64,000 nt of DNA from Myxococcota bacterium (GTDB taxonomy: Bacteria > Myxococcota_A > Polyangia > Polyangiales > Houyiibacteriaceae): assembly GCA_039030515.1 (NCBI GenBank), contig JBCCEA010000012.1, forward strand, positions 39,546 to 103,545. The letters run 5' to 3'. Positions 59,595-64,000 of this stretch are shown piece by piece. Position numbers and translations under genes: made by a program. Positions within the stretch are counted from its first letter, which is position 1; each line of letters starts with the position of its first letter. Under the pieces are notes generated by a model. It saw nothing but the letters and a program-made list of their open reading frames with translations, had not been told where the DNA came from and did no database searches.

Positions 59595-62500
59595 ATGCGC
59601 TTAAGACCTTCACTCGATCTAACGTTTTTATTCTTTGCGTCATCGGTTTTATTTGTCGTCTCCGCTTGCAGCGATGGGAGTGAGGCCCGCTCTGAGGCGG
59701 ATGGATTCATCTCCTACATTGCAGGGGGCGTCACCGACACCCGACTGGACCGTGGGGATGACTCGGCTGCGCCTACGGGAGCCGAGAGCAGCGACACGAG
59801 TCCCGCTGAGCGGGCGATCAGCGAAGCCGACATCATTCAGATCGACGGCGACCGCCTCTACGCGCTCTCGAGCTATTCGGGCTTGACGATTGTCGACATC
59901 TCAAACCCGAGCGCACTACGCGTGGAGGGAACCTACCGCAGTTCAGCTGTTCCCTTTGAGATGTATCTTGAGGGGGGCGTGGCGTACCTGCTTTTCAATG
60001 GATTCTACACTTACGCGTACGACGAAGCTGCCGGCGCCTACAACTGGGAGAGCAGCGCTCGGGTGCAGGCACTCGACGTTTCCAATCCGGCGGAGATCAC
60101 GCTCCTAGGAGACGAGCAAGTGGGCGGCGTGATCTCCGACTCGAGACTTGTCGGCGATATTCTCTACCTGGTCACCTTTCAAAACGGTTGGTGTTGGTAT
60201 TGCGATGCCGGGGCCAGCACGCGCGTGAGCTCCTTTGATCTCGCAAACCCCAGCGCACTTTCATCGATCGATCAGCTCAGCTTTGACGCAGGCGACGGCT
60301 CCTTCGGGGGGCGAAGCATCGCCGTCACAAGCGAACGCATCTACGTCGGAGGTCCAGCTTGGGGCTCGACCGATGGGAGCACCATCCAGGTTGTAGGCAT
60401 CTCAAACCCAAACGGAGAGATGGCCCTTGGCGCCGAAGTATCGATCGCTGGCCACATCGAGAATCGGTGGCAAATGGACGAATTCGATGGGTATTTTCGG
60501 GTAATCAGCCAATCAGGGGGCTGGAACAGCGGAACGCCACCGATCGTGGAAACCTTCATGATCGAGAACTCGGCAACGTTGACGCCTTTGGGGCGCCTGG
60601 AAATGACGCTCCCTCGACCCGAAGACCTACGCTCCGTTCGCTTTGACGGAACTCGGGCCTACGCGATCACGTTCGAGAGAACAGATCCGCTGTTCACGAT
60701 CGACCTTTCCGATCATGCGGCGCCGGTGCAGCGCGGAGAGCTCGAGATTCCCGGATGGATCTACCACATGGAACCCCGTGGCGATCGGCTCTACGGGCTT
60801 GGATATGACGCCGCCGAGGAAGGTCGGGGGATGACTGTCTCGGTATTCGATGTTTCGGATATGGATACGCCGACCTTACTCGATCGCGTGGTCTTCGGAG
60901 GTTCGTGGGCCTGGGCGGTCGAGGATCAAGACCGAATTCACAAGGCATTCAATCTAATGCTCGACGAAGGTCTGATCTTCGTTCCCTTTGCCGGCAGCGA
61001 TCGGGACGAAGCCAGCTGTCATTGGGAGTTTGCGAGCGGCATTCAAATCATCGACGTCATCGACGACGATCTTCAGCTTCGCGGAGTTGCACCGCAAATC
61101 GGTACGGCGAGGCGTTCCATCTACCGCGAGGGCACCCTCTTGGGCGTGTCAGACAACGCGATCACAAGCTTTGACCTCGCGGACCGAGATGCACCCAAAA
61201 ACCTCGATACGCTCGATATCGCTCGCAATATTTCTTCTCTCCACGTGGTCGGCGCACATCTTCTTCGCTTCGGCAACGATTGGTGGATTTGACCTCGCGG
61301 ACCGAGATGCACCCAAAAACCTCGATACGCTCGATATCGCTCGCAATATTTCTTCTCTCCACGTGGTCGGCGCACATCTTCTTCGCTTCGGCAACGATTG
61401 GTGGACAGGACGTGCAATCGTCGACCTTGTCGAGCCCTCATCCGCTACGGCCGCCTCGATTTCCGAGCTCGATCTCAGCGAGGCCGGTCCTTCTCAAGAT
61501 GGCTGCAACGAATACAGTCGTTGGGGTAGCGCCGTATATCTCCATGGCGACAGCGGCTTTGCCTACGTACCCCACTACCGAGAGCAGTGGAGTGAATCCG
61601 GATCGCGCAGTGAGCTGACGCTCTATATCGTCGACTATCGAAACCCATCATCGATTTCGATCGCGGGCTCTGTGGCTGTCGATCCGATCGCGGTTAGCCG
61701 CTCCGAGAGTCGCTGGGGATACTTCGGTGAAATCCTGGTAGCGGGAGATGCGCTGCTGGTCGCGCGGGTTGAGGAGCGCTACTCCAAGTCTGGCGAAGCC
61801 AACCGACGGCACAGCTACGATGTGTACTCGCTAAACGAACCAGGAGCCCCGACGTTCGCCACCAACTTCGAAGTTCCCGCAGAGCTGGCCTCCGCCGGTT
61901 GGGGCCACGGCCCGATCGGAAGCGGAGTCGATATGGCCTGGGGGTGGTGGTATCCGGGTGCTCGGTCGACAAACGTCTTCGTCTCCGGGTCCGTGGTGGC
62001 AAGCAGTCATGCGGTCCCGGTAGACGATACGGGCGCCAGAGTCCGCTACTACCTAGACCGACTGGATGTAAGCGACCCGCAGCAGCCTCAGCTTTTGGAC
62101 GAAGTCAACATCCCAGGTCAGCTCGCATACTACGATGATGCAAAAGACCTGGCGGTCACCATCGAAGACGCAGCTCCGGTCGTGGTGAAAAACAGCGATT
62201 GGGATCAGTGCACGTGGCGGGGCTCTCGCGCCACGATCGTCGACGGGGCATGCCATATCTATCATCGACTGCTCAATACGCTTCGGGTAGGGGACACAAC
62301 CGCGGAGCTCGTGTCTCGAGTAGATTTGGACGGCGCTCGTATCTCACGGCACGTTGCAGTCTCCGAAGGTCACGTGTTCACCATCGCTGACGACGCCGCG
62401 CCCTACGATTGGACAGAGCCGACTCCAATCGATCGCTACATTCACTCCTACCGCATTAACGAGGGTCACGAGATTCAGGAGCTGGATCCGGTCTTTCTCA

Positions 62501-62724
62501 GTGAGGCAGCCAATTCTTGGTTCAGTTGGCCGCAGCTTGCGGCGCGCTCGAGTCGCGCGTTCTTGACCGACTCGAACGTGCTTCACGTCGTCACCGCAGA
62601 AGGAAGCACACCGACGGTAGAGGCACACGAGATGCCGGGCTGGAGTTGTCAGTCACTTCAAGCAACTGACGATCGAGCATTCTGTGCGATGGGCCAAAGC
62701 GGAGTGCTTGCAATCGATCTGTAA
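59595..62724 (+). pseudogene. Secreted beta-propeller lipoprotein, frameshifted by a 118-bp tandem duplication (possibly an assembly artefact)
   Basis: Lipobox VSA-C; 'EADII', 'MDEFDGYFRV', 'VRFDG.RAY.ITF..TDPLF.IDL', 'GELEIPG'. Removing one copy fuses ORFs 59595..61292 and 60988..62724 into 1003 aa. Confidence 0.8.
61170..61405 (+). repeat. Exact 118-bp tandem duplication
   Basis: 61170..61287 matches 61288..61405 (tttgacctcgcgg...gattggtgga). Confidence 0.95.
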
Positions 62725-62816
62725 CTAGATTCAGCTGCCGATGATGCCCTGAATAGGCGAGGGACCGCTTGACGCCCGCCTATCGACTGAGGAGACTCCG
62801 GCTTGGAGGGTGGTTC

Positions 62817-63686
62817 ATGAAGAACTTCTTTCGTCAGGGCATCAAGCGTATCGTCAAAAATGGAGCGAGCCCGCACGCCGACGGCGGTCGTCGCGGCACG
62901 GTGATCGCGGTGAGCTCCTTGAAGGGGGGCGTTGGTAAGTCGACCACCACCGTGAACTTGGGTGCGGCGCTCGCTCGATTTCATGGCAAAAAAACCTTGC
63001 TGGTCGATCTCGATCCCCAGGGTCATGTCGAGACCTCCCTGCTTGCACAGGTGAACGCAGGCGAAGCCGACGCTCGTGGTCGTCTACTGAGCCAAATTCT
63101 GACCGCAGAACCTCCCTTACAGATCCTCGAAGGGGCTACGTCTACAAAGATCGAAGGGCTGCACGTAACCCGTTCCGACGCCAAACTCGCGGAGGCCGAG
63201 AACCTTATCGGAACCCGCATCGGCAAAGAGATGATCCTCAAGGACGCGCTGGAGGTGACCCGCACGCACTTCGACGTGGTGCTGATCGACTGTCCCCCCA
63301 ATATGGGCAACCTCACCGCCAACGCGCTTGTGGCATGCAACTGGCTCCTCGTTCCCTGCGATCTATCGACACTTTCTCTCCGTGGAGTGGACGGGTTGAT
63401 GGGTCAGTGCCAGGAGATCGCAAGGCGACTCAACCCGAACCTGGACCTGCTTGGCATCGTCGTCACCCGCTACGACGGCCGCACCGCATCGATGAATCAA
63501 CAAGTGCTCTCGAGTTTAGAGGAGCGCTATGGAGAACTCCTGCTTGAGCCGCGGATCGGCATCAATACGAGTTTGGTCAAGGCTCAGAATATCGGCAAAG
63601 ACATCTTTGAGTACGCACCGCAGAGCCGAGGCGCAGAGCACTATCGCGGTCTAGCGGATACCCTCATGGGCCGGGCAAAACTGTAG
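62817..63686 (+). CDS. parA: ParA/Soj family ATPase
   Basis: KGGVGKSTT, VDLDPQG, IDCPP; GGAGG SD; no parB follows within the window. Confidence 0.9.
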   Translation: MKNFFRQGIKRIVKNGASPHADGGRRGTVIAVSSLKGGVGKSTTTVNLGAALARFHGKKTLLVDLDPQGHVETSLLAQVNAGEADARGRLLSQILTAEPPLQILEGATSTKIEGLHVTRSDAKLAEAENLIGTRIGKEMILKDALEVTRTHFDVVLIDCPPNMGNLTANALVACNWLLVPCDLSTLSLRGVDGLMGQCQEIARRLNPNLDLLGIVVTRYDGRTASMNQQVLSSLEERYGELLLEPRIGINTSLVKAQNIGKDIFEYAPQSRGAEHYRGLADTLMGRAKL

Positions 63687-63720
63687 CCCCCGCACGCGCA
63701 GACGTGAAGGCGTAGTCTGA

Positions 63721-63991
63721 GTACGTTGAGCGATGAGCATGGGACGAAAGCAGCTGTTTGGGCCGACTCACTCACCACCCCCCAGCGGGTCTAGGTTGGT
63801 CCAAACAGCAAGCGCCCCCCCCAGCACGCCTCGCTAGGCCTGAACGCCTGCTTTCCTCCCATGCTCGGAGCTTGAAGTAGCCAAACTACTCCTGCGCTCC
63901 TGTGCTTCCGGGGCGCTAGGCGTTCAAACCCATCGATACGCGCTGGGCCGAGGAGGACGAGCGTACTTAAGGTACGTTGAGCGACGAGCAT
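63721..63991. repeat. Pair of 20-bp direct repeats 251 bp apart
   Basis: gtacgttgagcgatgagcat (63721) and gtacgttgagcgacgagcat (63972), one mismatch. Confidence 0.75.
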
Positions 63992-64000
63992 CGGAGGTAA

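Noticed and set aside
1..64000. rRNA, tRNA, IS elements, parS sites
   Set aside because: None recognised by eye. A tRNAscan/Infernal/ISEScan run would be needed to exclude them formally.

Overview
64-kb bacterial chromosomal window. Gene content suggests a Myxococcota (Polyangiales-like) genome: giant TPR protein, DnaK paralog with a J-TPR partner, Cys-rich lipoproteins, a Hanks kinase and a MYXO-CTERM-like tail. That assignment is an inference, not a database hit. The left half is mostly housekeeping: end of a TonB receptor, a cold-shock gene, pdxH, a CNNM/CorC protein, argG/argF/argD/argB, a dnaK paralog module and dprA-trmFO-xerC-hslV-hslU. The main result is a greatly expanded His-Xaa-Ser (Hxs) radical-SAM/RiPP-like locus at about 39.6-55.9 kb. 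It has a precursor-like peptide with an acidic leader and HC(SHG)15SW core, HxsB, two tandem HxsD-like genes and six HxsC-like paralogs, giving 7 radical SAM genes with 8 CxxxCxxC domains. These include a B12-type/HxsC double radical SAM fusion and an HxsC-methyltransferase fusion, interleaved with kbl-tdh and a lipoprotein amidase. Other notable items: two probable CTG-initiated genes missed by the ORF track, a sigma-factor/kinase fusion, a small gene broken by one TAA, and an exact 118-bp tandem duplication that frameshifts a beta-propeller lipoprotein. No rRNA, tRNA, CRISPR array or IS element was recognised. All family calls come from motif recognition by eye; no searches were run.
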